From Corynebacterium glutamicum ATCC 13032 (GTDB lineage: Bacteria > Actinomycetota > Actinomycetes > Mycobacteriales > Mycobacteriaceae), in the NCBI RefSeq assembly GCF_000011325.1, contig NC_003450.3, positions 930,001-962,000 of the forward strand: DNA of 32,000 bases, written 5' to 3'. The notes under the pieces were generated by a model. That model was not told the origin of the DNA, searched no databases, and saw only the letters and a program-made list of their open reading frames with translations. The position numbers were made by a program, and so were the translations under genes. Of this stretch, positions 1 to 8,426 are shown in pieces; within the stretch, counting starts at the first letter, position 1; each line of letters begins with the position of its first letter.

Positions 1-251
1 GCATTGTTATTGATGATTCAGGGCCTGGAATTGCTGAAAAAGAACGAGGATTAGTTTTGGAACGGTTCTATCGCGCCGTCAGCTCCCGTTCCATGCCGGG
101 ATCGGGATTAGGTCTTGCCATCGTGAATCAGGTTGTGAATCGGCATGGTGGCCAACTCGTTGTGGGTGAATCAGATGATGGCGGAACGAGAATCACTATT
201 GATTTGCCAGGGGAACCCATTCGCAGCGGGTTCGAAAATGTCGATGATTAA
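1..251 (+). CDS. Two-component sensor histidine kinase, C-terminal end only (5' part outside window)
   Basis: Frame 3 is open from the window edge. It reads ..IVIDDSGPGIAEKERGLVLERFYRA...GSGLGLAIV.., which are the G1 (DxGxG) and G2 (GxGLGL) ATP-lid boxes of HATPase_c. Stop at 249-251. Its position upstream of an HtrA/PepD protease mirrors mycobacterial mprB-pepD. Confidence 0.85.
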   Translation, partial: IVIDDSGPGIAEKERGLVLERFYRAVSSRSMPGSGLGLAIVNQVVNRHGGQLVVGESDDGGTRITIDLPGEPIRSGFENVDD

Positions 252-325
252 ACCACTAAAGAGCTCACAGGAAGTGTTCAGACTACTTAGAGTGACGCCC
301 CAGCCACAGGGTTCATAATCAAATC

Positions 326-1651
326 ATGACAAATCAATTCCCCACAAACAACGGTGAGAACCCGGACCGTGCATCGGAAACTCCATCAGAAACCAACTCC
401 TTCGAACATGTGCGTAGTTCATATCCGCAGTGGGGTAACACTGCTTCCAATCAAAACCCCTATCCTGGTGCGGGCTTCGGCTCTGAACAAAACACTCAAC
501 AAGGAAATGAGCAACAAGCTCCAGCCTGGACCAGTTGGGATAATCAGCCTCTAAGCACAGATGTAAAGCCAGCTAAAGAAAAGCGAAAAGTTGGCATCGG
601 AACGGCACTCGCGTTAATGCTTGTTGGTTCTATTGCTACCGGTAGCGTTGTGGGTGTTGCAGCAACCCAGCTTGGTTCGGACTCTTCAACCCCAGTTAAT
701 GCTCTTGAGCAGCCCAGCGTGCAGCGCACCACTAATGCTGAACCAGGTTCAGCGGAACAGGTTGCTGCCGCAGTTTTGCCTTCTGTCGTCTCTATTCAGG
801 CCATTACTAGGACGTCTGCTTCTGAGGGCTCTGGATCCATTATTTCCTCTGATGGTTACGTCATGACCAATAATCACGTCGTGGCAGGCATTGAACAATC
901 TGGTGTGTTAGAAGTAAGTTTCTCCGATGGAACTACAGCGCAAGCTGATTTTATTGCTGGTGATCCTTCCACAGATATTGCTGTGATCAAGATTAGGGAT
1001 GTGTCCAACCTTCCAGTTATGAGCTTTGGAGATTCGGACGCATTAGGCGTTGGACAAAGTGTGATGGCTGTTGGTTCTCCACTGGGTCTGAGCTCCACTG
1101 TGACCACCGGTATTGTGTCGGCCGTGAACCGTCCTGTGCGAGCTTCTGGTGATGGCGGAGAGTCGTCCCTCATCGATGCTATCCAGACCGATGCTGCGAT
1201 CAACCCTGGTAACTCTGGTGGTCCGCTGGTTGATATGGATGGCAACCTCATTGGCATGAATTCGGTAATTGCATCGATTTCGAGCACCAGCGATTCCGCA
1301 GGTTCCATTGGTCTTGGTTTTTCTATCCCATCCAACTTTGCCAAGCGCGTGGCCGATCAATTGATCAGCACCGGCCAGGTAACTCAGCCGATGATCGGTG
1401 TGCAGGTTGGCACTGACAACTCAGTGACAGGCGCTGTGATTGCCAGTGTTCAAGATGGTGGACCGGCCGCAGATGCTGGACTTCAGCCAGGCGATATCGT
1501 GACCAAGCTCAATGATCGAGTTATTGATAGCCCAGACTCCTTGATCGCTGCTGTTCGTTCGCATGATTTTGGCGAAACCGTCACTTTAACAATTACACAG
1601 CCAGATACCTCGCAGAGCCGGGAGGTAGAGGTTACTCTGACGAGTGAGTAG
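326..1651 (+). CDS. Membrane-anchored HtrA/PepD-type serine protease with C-terminal PDZ domain
   Basis: 441-aa ATG ORF with a Q/N/P-rich N-terminal tail and one TM helix (IGTALALMLVGSIATGSVVGV). Trypsin-fold catalytic motifs are present (TNNHV, STDIAVIK, GNSGGPL), as is a PDZ-like segment (VIASVQDGGPAADAGLQPGDIV). Confidence 0.9.
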   Translation: MTNQFPTNNGENPDRASETPSETNSFEHVRSSYPQWGNTASNQNPYPGAGFGSEQNTQQGNEQQAPAWTSWDNQPLSTDVKPAKEKRKVGIGTALALMLVGSIATGSVVGVAATQLGSDSSTPVNALEQPSVQRTTNAEPGSAEQVAAAVLPSVVSIQAITRTSASEGSGSIISSDGYVMTNNHVVAGIEQSGVLEVSFSDGTTAQADFIAGDPSTDIAVIKIRDVSNLPVMSFGDSDALGVGQSVMAVGSPLGLSSTVTTGIVSAVNRPVRASGDGGESSLIDAIQTDAAINPGNSGGPLVDMDGNLIGMNSVIASISSTSDSAGSIGLGFSIPSNFAKRVADQLISTGQVTQPMIGVQVGTDNSVTGAVIASVQDGGPAADAGLQPGDIVTKLNDRVIDSPDSLIAAVRSHDFGETVTLTITQPDTSQSREVEVTLTSE

Positions 1652-1705
1652 GTTTAAAAGAGTTAATCTGCATCTAATCAAGTAGCCAAGTATGAGTGAG
1701 GAACA

Positions 1706-2293
1706 ATGAGCAAGGATCCATTGGGAAGTCTTACCGATGTTGTAGACACACGAGTTCCGCTTCCGGATGTTGAACCGGATCCGGAGTTCCTGAAGGCTAC
1801 GGAAAAAGAATTCCACATGGCATCCCAGAAGCGCGCTCTTGTTGTCCTGGTGGGCGATCATGTCGCTGAGGCAGATGGGACTGGCCGTTTGGTTACGGAG
1901 CTGCTCTTAGAGTCTGGCTTCAACGTGGACGCTGTGGTCAGCGTGAAGTCTAAGAAGTCTCAGATTAGGCAAGCTATTGAAACCGCAGTTGTTGGCGGCG
2001 CTGACCTTGTGCTGACCATCGGCGGAGTGGGCGTTGGTCCTCGGGATAAAACTCCTGAGGCAACCAGCGCTGTGTTGGACCAGGACGTCCCAGGAATCGC
2101 GCAGGCGCTTCGTTCCTCCGGTTTGGCCTGTGGCGCGGTGGATGCAAGTGTTTCCCGAGGCGTAGCGGGCGTATCCGGCTCAACCGTGGTGGTCAACCTC
2201 GCTGAGTCTCGTTCGGCAATTCGTGATGGCATGGCAACTCTGACACCGTTGGTTGATTTTGTTGTAGATCAGCTTCGCACTTCCGTGGTTTGA
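1706..2293 (+). CDS. moaB: MoaB/MogA-family molybdenum cofactor biosynthesis protein
   Basis: 195-aa ORF with ATG preceded by GAGG. It carries MoCF-biosynthesis fold motifs (DLVLTIGGVGVGPRDKTPEA; GSTVVVNLAES). The internal Met (MASQKRALVV) is an alternative start. Confidence 0.85.
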   Translation: MSKDPLGSLTDVVDTRVPLPDVEPDPEFLKATEKEFHMASQKRALVVLVGDHVAEADGTGRLVTELLLESGFNVDAVVSVKSKKSQIRQAIETAVVGGADLVLTIGGVGVGPRDKTPEATSAVLDQDVPGIAQALRSSGLACGAVDASVSRGVAGVSGSTVVVNLAESRSAIRDGMATLTPLVDFVVDQLRTSVV

Positions 2294-2490
2294 GTTGGTC
2301 GGGTGTGAGTAGACAACGTAGACGAGCGTTCCGTGCGTCAGATGCAAAGGACTATGATCGCACGGCAGATTCTCCTCTGGAATCAACAACTAACGATGAT
2401 GTCCGGGAAGTTTCTTTAGATCCAGAACAAGATGACCAACCAACAGGTGAGGAATTCTGGAAAGAACAGCAACCACCGCATCATGGTTAG
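2290..2490 (+). CDS. Small acidic hypothetical protein (66 aa), uncertain
   Basis: The ORF starts with TTG overlapping the moaB stop (TTGA) and is D/E/Q-rich and low complexity. It is followed 20 nt later by a strong terminator hairpin. No recognisable domain. Confidence 0.3.
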   Translation: MSWSGVSRQRRRAFRASDAKDYDRTADSPLESTTNDDVREVSLDPEQDDQPTGEEFWKEQQPPHHG

Positions 2491-2507
2491 CAGCATAATT
2501 TAGGCAA

Positions 2508-2548
2508 CAAAAAGTGCGTCTGAGTGAAATACTCAGACGCACTTTTGT
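2508..2548. terminator. Bidirectional rho-independent terminator between convergent genes
   Basis: Perfect 12-bp stem GTGCGTCTGAGT (2514-2525) / ACTCAGACGCAC (2531-2542) with loop GAAAT. It is flanked by AAAA upstream and TTTT downstream and lies between the 2490 (+) and 2567 (-) stops. Confidence 0.7.
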
Positions 2549-2566
2549 GCTTTTAGGGCCTTTTAA

Positions 2567-2974
2567 CTACTGAAGGCGCTTTTGCTCCTGCAGGAGATCG
2601 CGGATCTCGGTGAGGAGTTCTGCTTCGATGGAAGCTGGGGTCTCGTCTTCTTCAACACCCTTGCGCTTTGCGAGGGTTTCGCTGAGCTTGTTCATTGGAG
2701 CAACGAGGACGAAGTAGACAATTGCTGCGATGATGAGGAAGTTGATCGCTGCGGTGATGACAGCACCAAAATCCACGAATGTTGCGGCATTGCCGGCGCG
2801 GATGTGGAAGCCGAGGCCTTCAACCTCTGTGCTGCCGATGGAAGCGATCAATGGGTTGATGATGCTCTCGGAGAATGCTGTCACGATAGCGGTGAAGGCA
2901 GTACCGATGACCACGGCAACTGCGAGTTCAATGACATTTCCGCGAAGGACGAAATCTCTAAAACCTTTAAGCAT
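2567..2974 (-). CDS. mscL: Large-conductance mechanosensitive channel MscL
   Basis: The ORF track gives 2567..3016. The internal ATG at 2974 gives 135 aa starting MLKGFRDFVLRGNVIELAVAVVIGTAF, the conserved MscL N-terminus and TM1. A second TM and a charged C-terminal helix follow. Confidence 0.92.
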   Translation of the reverse strand: MLKGFRDFVLRGNVIELAVAVVIGTAFTAIVTAFSESIINPLIASIGSTEVEGLGFHIRAGNAATFVDFGAVITAAINFLIIAAIVYFVLVAPMNKLSETLAKRKGVEEDETPASIEAELLTEIRDLLQEQKRLQ

Positions 2975-3056
2975 GGTTGTTACCCCTGACGATAGTGTGG
3001 ACAGTAAGAACGACAAATGAACTGTAGCGGAAAGTACCTTTTTTTTGAATAGGGAA

Positions 3057-3710
3057 CTATTCTTCGGTTGTGTAATTATCTGCTCTGTCTCCGGTCAGGA
3101 CTACCGCCAGAGGGGTATTGAGCGATTGTGCTGCAACCTTTTCAGCGATTGATTGTGGAAGCGCAATCAAGATGGTTGAGGGGTCTGTACCACCCGCCAG
3201 AATTACTGTTCCACCTGCAGCAATGTTCTCTGGGAGACCGGTGTCTGGGTCTTGGGAAACAACCGAAATGGTGTCCCCATGCTGCAGTAGGGGGATGACG
3301 GAAGGTTCAGCCAAACTGAGTGGAACCATGTTAATTTCTTCCACCAAAGAGCTATCAGTGACGTTTGTCGCAATGGAGTTTATCAATTCGGTGCCCACGA
3401 ATCGAGGCTTTGTGGCTATTTCCCCGGAACTTAATGTGGAGGCCGCAACGAGCCCAACTACATCGTCAATCGAATCGTAGGAGGTGCTGGGCAGTAGGGA
3501 AGTAGGGATTGCCTGAAGTCCAAGGTCAGAGGCCTCAACCTTGGTGCCAGCAGGAATTTCTTGCACTATGACAACGGCAGTTGGATCCTTCTTGAGCCAA
3601 GAATGTGCCATCAGCAGTCCTGCAATCCCGATCAGGATGAAGGCGATTATTCTTCTTAAAACTAGGGTGCGGTGCCAACTCGGGGTGGTGAATGTCTTTT
3701 TTAAGTCCAT
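3057..3710 (-). CDS. SAF-domain (CpaB/RcpC-like) membrane-anchored protein
   Basis: 217-aa ORF with an N-terminal TM (IIAFILIGIAGLLMAHSWL) followed by VVIVQEIPAGTKVEASDLGLQAIP, the usual SAF-domain beta-clip pattern. No enzymatic motif. Confidence 0.7.
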   Translation of the reverse strand: MDLKKTFTTPSWHRTLVLRRIIAFILIGIAGLLMAHSWLKKDPTAVVIVQEIPAGTKVEASDLGLQAIPTSLLPSTSYDSIDDVVGLVAASTLSSGEIATKPRFVGTELINSIATNVTDSSLVEEINMVPLSLAEPSVIPLLQHGDTISVVSQDPDTGLPENIAAGGTVILAGGTDPSTILIALPQSIAEKVAAQSLNTPLAVVLTGDRADNYTTEE

Positions 3711-3729
3711 ATAGTGGTTGGACTGTTTT

Positions 3730-4302
3730 TTAGGCTCCTAGGTTCCGAACACCTGCGGGGGTAATTATGACGTTGACGGGAAGATCATGTTCTTCCACTT
3801 CGATATCGTCGCGGATTTCTCCGTTGAAGAGCAAAGTAATCACGTCAGCCTTGACTCCGGTGGCTAGAGCGCGGTCGTAGAAACCGCCACCTTTACCTAG
3901 CCTGATTCCACTGGGGGTGCATGCCAGTGCGGGGGCGATGACAAGGTCGCAGAAGTTGAGAGCTTCAGGTCCAAGGCGAGTGCCACCGGGTTCCTGGATG
4001 CCAAATGCGCCAGGAACAAGGCTGGTTGGGCCTTCATAAAGAGCCCAGTCGAGGCGTCGATCCTCGAGGGAGACTGGCAAAATAAGCGCGGAAGTTTCGG
4101 CGTGGAGGGCGTCGAGAAGCAATCGCCCACCAGGTTCGGTACGCACCGGCACGTAAGCGGCAATCCTTTTTGGCTGCTTTGAGCGGATGTAATAAGAAAC
4201 GTTGGCAATGATGGCTGCGTTTTCTCGCGTGCGAGAAGCCTCATCCATATTGGTGCGCGCTTCCCGAAGCTTCGTGCGCAGTTCCTGCTTAGTTTGGCTC
4301 AT
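3730..4302 (-). CDS. 5-formyltetrahydrofolate cyclo-ligase
   Basis: The ORF track extends to 4599, but the first 99 codons are R/G-rich and overlap the galU 5' region. The ATG at 4302 gives 190 aa (MSQTKQELRTKLREAR...) with the family motif LGKGGGFYDR near the C-terminus. Confidence 0.85.
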   Translation of the reverse strand: MSQTKQELRTKLREARTNMDEASRTRENAAIIANVSYYIRSKQPKRIAAYVPVRTEPGGRLLLDALHAETSALILPVSLEDRRLDWALYEGPTSLVPGAFGIQEPGGTRLGPEALNFCDLVIAPALACTPSGIRLGKGGGFYDRALATGVKADVITLLFNGEIRDDIEVEEHDLPVNVIITPAGVRNLGA

Positions 4303-4374
4303 AAATCTAAGGATAACCGTTATTTTCGGAGGGGTACGACGATTGGGGTTGCGGGGGCAGGTACTCTTGGTTCC

Positions 4375-5322
4375 ATGAGTTTGCCTATCGATGAGCACGT
4401 GAACGCGGTTAAAACCGTCGTAGTGCCTGCTGCAGGACTGGGAACCCGATTCCTTCCGGCCACCAAAACCGTACCCAAGGAGTTGCTGCCGGTTGTCGAT
4501 ACCCCAGGTATTGAGCTGATTGCTGCTGAGGCTGCCGAACTTGGTGCGACCAGGCTGGCGATCATCACTGCGCCAAACAAAGCTGGGGTACTTGCACACT
4601 TTGAGCGTTCTTCTGAATTGGAAGAAACGCTGATGGAGCGTGGCAAGACTGACCAGGTGGAGATAATCCGCCGCGCCGCCGATTTAATCAAGGCAGTTCC
4701 AGTAACCCAGGACAAGCCGCTGGGGCTAGGTCATGCTGTTGGTTTGGCTGAGTCTGTGTTGGATGATGATGAAGATGTCGTAGCGGTGATGTTGCCGGAC
4801 GATCTCGTGTTGCCAACCGGTGTTATGGAGCGCATGGCTCAGGTCCGAGCAGAGTTCGGTGGATCTGTCCTTTGTGCAGTTGAGGTTTCTGAAGCTGACG
4901 TTTCTAAGTATGGCATCTTTGAAATCGAAGCTGACACCAAAGATTCCGATGTCAAAAAGGTCAAGGGCATGGTGGAAAAACCAGCCATCGAAGACGCGCC
5001 ATCACGCCTCGCCGCGACTGGCCGCTACCTGCTTGACCGAAAAATCTTTGACGCCCTGCGCCGCATCACACCAGGCGCTGGCGGCGAGTTGCAGCTCACC
5101 GACGCGATTGATTTGCTTATCGACGAAGGCCATCCGGTCCATATCGTCATTCACCAGGGCAAACGCCACGATCTTGGCAACCCTGGCGGGTACATTCCGG
5201 CGTGTGTTGATTTCGGTCTGTCCCACCCTGTTTATGGTGCGCAGCTAAAAGATGCAATCAAACAGATTTTGGCTGAACATGAAGCTGCGGAACGTATTGC
5301 AGACGATTCTCAAGTAAAATAG
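4375..5322 (+). CDS. galU: UTP--glucose-1-phosphate uridylyltransferase
   Basis: VVPAAGLGTRFLPATKTVPKELLPVVD is the nucleotide-binding signature, and similarity to GalU runs full length. I chose the start at ATG 4375 (MSLPIDEH...), 16 aa before the signature, rather than the TTG at 4294. Confidence 0.92.
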   Translation: MSLPIDEHVNAVKTVVVPAAGLGTRFLPATKTVPKELLPVVDTPGIELIAAEAAELGATRLAIITAPNKAGVLAHFERSSELEETLMERGKTDQVEIIRRAADLIKAVPVTQDKPLGLGHAVGLAESVLDDDEDVVAVMLPDDLVLPTGVMERMAQVRAEFGGSVLCAVEVSEADVSKYGIFEIEADTKDSDVKKVKGMVEKPAIEDAPSRLAATGRYLLDRKIFDALRRITPGAGGELQLTDAIDLLIDEGHPVHIVIHQGKRHDLGNPGGYIPACVDFGLSHPVYGAQLKDAIKQILAEHEAAERIADDSQVK

Positions 5323-5350
5323 CTGCCTGGTTCCGATTAGGAGGTCCGTA

Positions 5351-6610
5351 GTGCGATCAGTCGAGCAACAGCTATCCATTGTCACCGAGGCAGCGGTAGC
5401 TCCAGAGCCAGTGCGTATTGCTATTGCAGAGGCACTGGGTTTGATGTGCGCGGAAGAGGTTCAAGCTAGTCGTGCTTTGCCGGGTTTCGCGCAAGCAGCG
5501 ATTGATGGTTATGCGGTTCGAGCAGTCGATGTCGGCGGCGAGAAGTCGCTTAGCCAGCAACTGCCGGTTGCTCCTCCGGAAAAATCCCTGCCCGTGGTGG
5601 GTGAAGTAGCTGCGGGTTCTCAGCAGCCGTTGCGCCTGCAGCCTAAACAAGCAGTCATGGTCCACACCGGTGCGCCACTGCCGATGCTTGCGGATGCGGT
5701 GCTGCCCATGGCGTGGTCAGATCGTGGCCGCAAACGAGTAACCGCGCAGCGACCTGTGCGCTCTGGCGAGTTTGTGCGCAAAGAAGGCGATGACATCCAA
5801 CCGGGAGACATCGCAGTCAGCGCCGGCGCGGTCTTAGGCCCTGCCCAAATTGGTTTGCTCGCAGCTGTTGGTCGCTCCAAAGTGTTGGTGTACCCACGCC
5901 CACGCATGTCGGTTATCTCCGTAGGCGCTGAACTTGTTGATATTGATCGCCAGCCAGGCCTCGGCCAGGTTTATGATGTCAATTCCTATTCTCTGGCTGC
6001 CGCCGGTAGGGAAGCGGGCGCAGATGTGTACCGCTACGGCATTGCTGCCGGTGAACCTCGTCGCATCAAAGAGATCATTGAATCCCAGATGCTGCGCTCG
6101 GAAATCATCGTCATCACCGGAGCTGTTGGCGGTGCTGGTTCAGCTGGCGTGCGCCAGGTTCTCAACGAGCTAGGCGATATCGACACCGAACGCGTCGCAA
6201 TGCACCCCGGTTCTGTCCAAGGATTCGGTCTGCTCGGCGAGAACAAGATTCCATGCTTCCTTCTGCCTTCCAATCCGGTGGCGTCGTTAGTTATTTTTGA
6301 AACCTTCGTCCGCCCGGTCGTGCGCATGAGCCTGGGCAAGAGCAATGCGGCGCGCCGGGTTGTTCGAGCTCGAGCGCTCAACCACGTTGTGTCTGTGGCG
6401 GGTCGAAAAGGTTTCATCAGGTCCAGGCTCATGCGCGATGCAGAAACCCAGGACTACCTCGTGGAGGCTTTGGGTGGTGCAACGGGCGCACCATCGCACC
6501 TATTGGCAGGATTGTCCGAAGCAAACGGTATGATCCGCATTCCAGAAGATGTCACAGAAATCCGACCGGGAGATGTCGTGGACGTGATCTTCCTTGCCCA
6601 AGGTCGATAG
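5351..6610 (+). CDS. moeA: MoeA-fold protein (molybdopterin molybdenumtransferase family; gephyrin-like Glp candidate)
   Basis: 419-aa ORF with a GTG start 6 nt after AGGAGG. It has the MoeA N-terminal pattern (AIDGYAV), the central MoCF domain and a C-terminal beta-barrel (IRPGDVVDVIFL). The usual SGGVS(V/M)G loop reads ITGAVGGAG here. Confidence 0.9.
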   Translation: MRSVEQQLSIVTEAAVAPEPVRIAIAEALGLMCAEEVQASRALPGFAQAAIDGYAVRAVDVGGEKSLSQQLPVAPPEKSLPVVGEVAAGSQQPLRLQPKQAVMVHTGAPLPMLADAVLPMAWSDRGRKRVTAQRPVRSGEFVRKEGDDIQPGDIAVSAGAVLGPAQIGLLAAVGRSKVLVYPRPRMSVISVGAELVDIDRQPGLGQVYDVNSYSLAAAGREAGADVYRYGIAAGEPRRIKEIIESQMLRSEIIVITGAVGGAGSAGVRQVLNELGDIDTERVAMHPGSVQGFGLLGENKIPCFLLPSNPVASLVIFETFVRPVVRMSLGKSNAARRVVRARALNHVVSVAGRKGFIRSRLMRDAETQDYLVEALGGATGAPSHLLAGLSEANGMIRIPEDVTEIRPGDVVDVIFLAQGR

Positions 6611-6614
6611 TTCG

Positions 6615-7277
6615 ATGCGTAATGCACCGTCAGGTCCGACGCATTTTCGACACCCCGGCTGGCCAGAGTCAACGCAAACGGTCATTTTGCCGGATGGCGG
6701 CAGGCTACGTTTGAGGCCCTTGAAGCGCCGTGATTTCCGCGCATGGTCGGATTTACGCATGCGCGATAAGGAATTCCTCAAGCCCGTGGAGCCCACGGTT
6801 CCCACGTCCTGGAGTGAAGCGCATTCGCGGTTGTCCTGGTGGGATAACATCACCTATTTGATGCGCGCTGCGCGAAAAGGCACCGTGGTTCCCATGGTCA
6901 TCGAGTTGGATGGCCGGTTCGTGGGGCAGTTGACTATCGGCAACATCCAGCACGGCGGCATCTCCGATGCCTGGATTGGCTATTGGGTTTCCAGCGCGGT
7001 GACGGGGCGCGGTATCGCTACGGCCGCCTGCGCGCTCGGCGTGGATCATGCTTTTCGACGCATAGGTCTGCATCGCCTCACCGCCACCTATCTACCCAGC
7101 AACCCAGCATCCGGGAAGGTGCTCGGACACAGCGGTTTCCGCCCAGAAGGCTATCTCATTAGAAATCTGCATATTGATGGACAATGGATGGATCACCATT
7201 TTGTGGCATTGCTGGCGGATGAGTATTCAATAACCGCGGTGGAACGTCTCACTAGAGAGGGACGATTGCGCCGATGA
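6615..7277 (+). CDS. rimJ: GNAT-family N-acetyltransferase (RimJ/RimL-like)
   Basis: It has the acetyl-CoA pocket motif VTGRGIATAA and a typical RimJ length. The ATG at 6615 lies 5 nt after the moeA stop; the TTG at 6594 is an alternative start that overlaps moeA. Confidence 0.8.
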   Translation: MRNAPSGPTHFRHPGWPESTQTVILPDGGRLRLRPLKRRDFRAWSDLRMRDKEFLKPVEPTVPTSWSEAHSRLSWWDNITYLMRAARKGTVVPMVIELDGRFVGQLTIGNIQHGGISDAWIGYWVSSAVTGRGIATAACALGVDHAFRRIGLHRLTATYLPSNPASGKVLGHSGFRPEGYLIRNLHIDGQWMDHHFVALLADEYSITAVERLTREGRLRR

Positions 7278-7381
7278 TTACTAATGCGAAGAAATTTTTC
7301 GGCGTGGCACCCAAGAGGGGTGTGAGATTGCCGATACCCTCAAGTTCAGATTTAAATTTTGCACCCGTACGGGAAGGTTAG

Positions 7382-8404
7382 GTGCTCCACGTGTCCGGAA
7401 TCCTTGTGATCGGCCTGATTGTGGTGGTGTGGCTTGTTGTGCTCGCACCGCTACTTCTTCGAGGCCAAAAGCCCATTGCTAAGGCTGGAGAAGCATTCGA
7501 CGACACCCGCGTTATCTCTGAAGGCGGAAGCAACATTCCGTCTCCTCGTCGCCCTGGCTTGAGTTCTGCTCAGCTAGACGATGAGGAAGATACAGATGAT
7601 GTGGATGATGATTATGAGATCGTCGATTCTCCCAGCATTTTCCGACCACGCAAAGAGGAACCCGTCGAGGAAGATCTCGACACCGATGTAGAGCTTGAAG
7701 AAGACATCGAAGTTTCTCTAGAAACTGATGACTACGTTGAGCCTGCTCCCGTCGTAGAAGTTTCACAAGAGTGGAATGTGGAAGATCATTACGAGCTAGA
7801 TGATTCCTACGACACCCCGCTTGATCACTTGCACCCAGCTGCAAGGGCTCGTGCATATGAGGACTTCCAGGAACACCAGCCTGAGCAGCAGCCTGAGGTC
7901 GAAGAATTTGATGCAGACGATGAGCTGACTGAAGAAGATGTTGCCTTTGCACAGCGTCGACGTGGCCGTGGCTACTACGACCCAGAGGCTGACCGTGAGT
8001 TCGCTGCCTCCCAGTATGTTCGCCGCCAGCGCACCCTGTTGGGTCTTGCAGCCACAGTCGTTATCTCTGTAATTCTCGGATTCGTCTTTGGCGGTTGGGT
8101 CTGGGGACTGCCAGCAGTAGCATTGGCTGCGACCGCATTGTACCTGATGGCTCTGCGCAGTCAGGTTCGTGAGGAGAATGCTCTTCGCGCTCGTCGAATC
8201 CGCAGGCTCCGCCGCTCCCGGATGGGTGTACGAAACTCTGAAGACCTTCCTTCCCGTTTGCGTCGTCCAGGTGCAGTTGTCCTCGAGCTTGATGATGAAT
8301 CGCCAGATTTCGAAGGCCTCCCAACGGTGGCAATGCCGGAGGAACCTTACTACGAGGAGCCACGTCGAAACATTCGACACCTGGGTCAGCGTCGCGTGAG
8401 CTAG
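7382..8404 (+). CDS. Membrane protein with long acidic disordered linker (GlpR-type Glp receptor candidate)
   Basis: 340-aa ORF with GTG after GGAAGG. It has an N-terminal TM (ILVIGLIVVVWLVVLAPLLL), a ~170-aa D/E-rich region, a paired TM hairpin (LLGLAATVVISVILGFVFGGWVWGLPAVALAATALYLMAL) and an Arg-rich tail (RARRIRRLRRSR). Confidence 0.7.
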   Translation: MLHVSGILVIGLIVVVWLVVLAPLLLRGQKPIAKAGEAFDDTRVISEGGSNIPSPRRPGLSSAQLDDEEDTDDVDDDYEIVDSPSIFRPRKEEPVEEDLDTDVELEEDIEVSLETDDYVEPAPVVEVSQEWNVEDHYELDDSYDTPLDHLHPAARARAYEDFQEHQPEQQPEVEEFDADDELTEEDVAFAQRRRGRGYYDPEADREFAASQYVRRQRTLLGLAATVVISVILGFVFGGWVWGLPAVALAATALYLMALRSQVREENALRARRIRRLRRSRMGVRNSEDLPSRLRRPGAVVLELDDESPDFEGLPTVAMPEEPYYEEPRRNIRHLGQRRVS

Positions 8405-8426
8405 CCACAGGGTAAGGTTTCGGACT

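Noticed and set aside
4313-4323. 11-bp palindrome ATAACCGTTAT in the 72-nt divergent promoter region between the cyclo-ligase gene and galU
   Set aside because: It is too short to distinguish from chance, and I can name no known regulator motif. I note it only as a possible operator.
3730-4599. Long forms of the divergent genes (289-aa cyclo-ligase ORF and 342-aa galU ORF), which would overlap each other by ~300 nt
   Set aside because: The extensions are R/G/S-rich with no homology-like sequence. Internal ATGs (4302 and 4375) give products starting at the conserved N-termini and remove the overlap.
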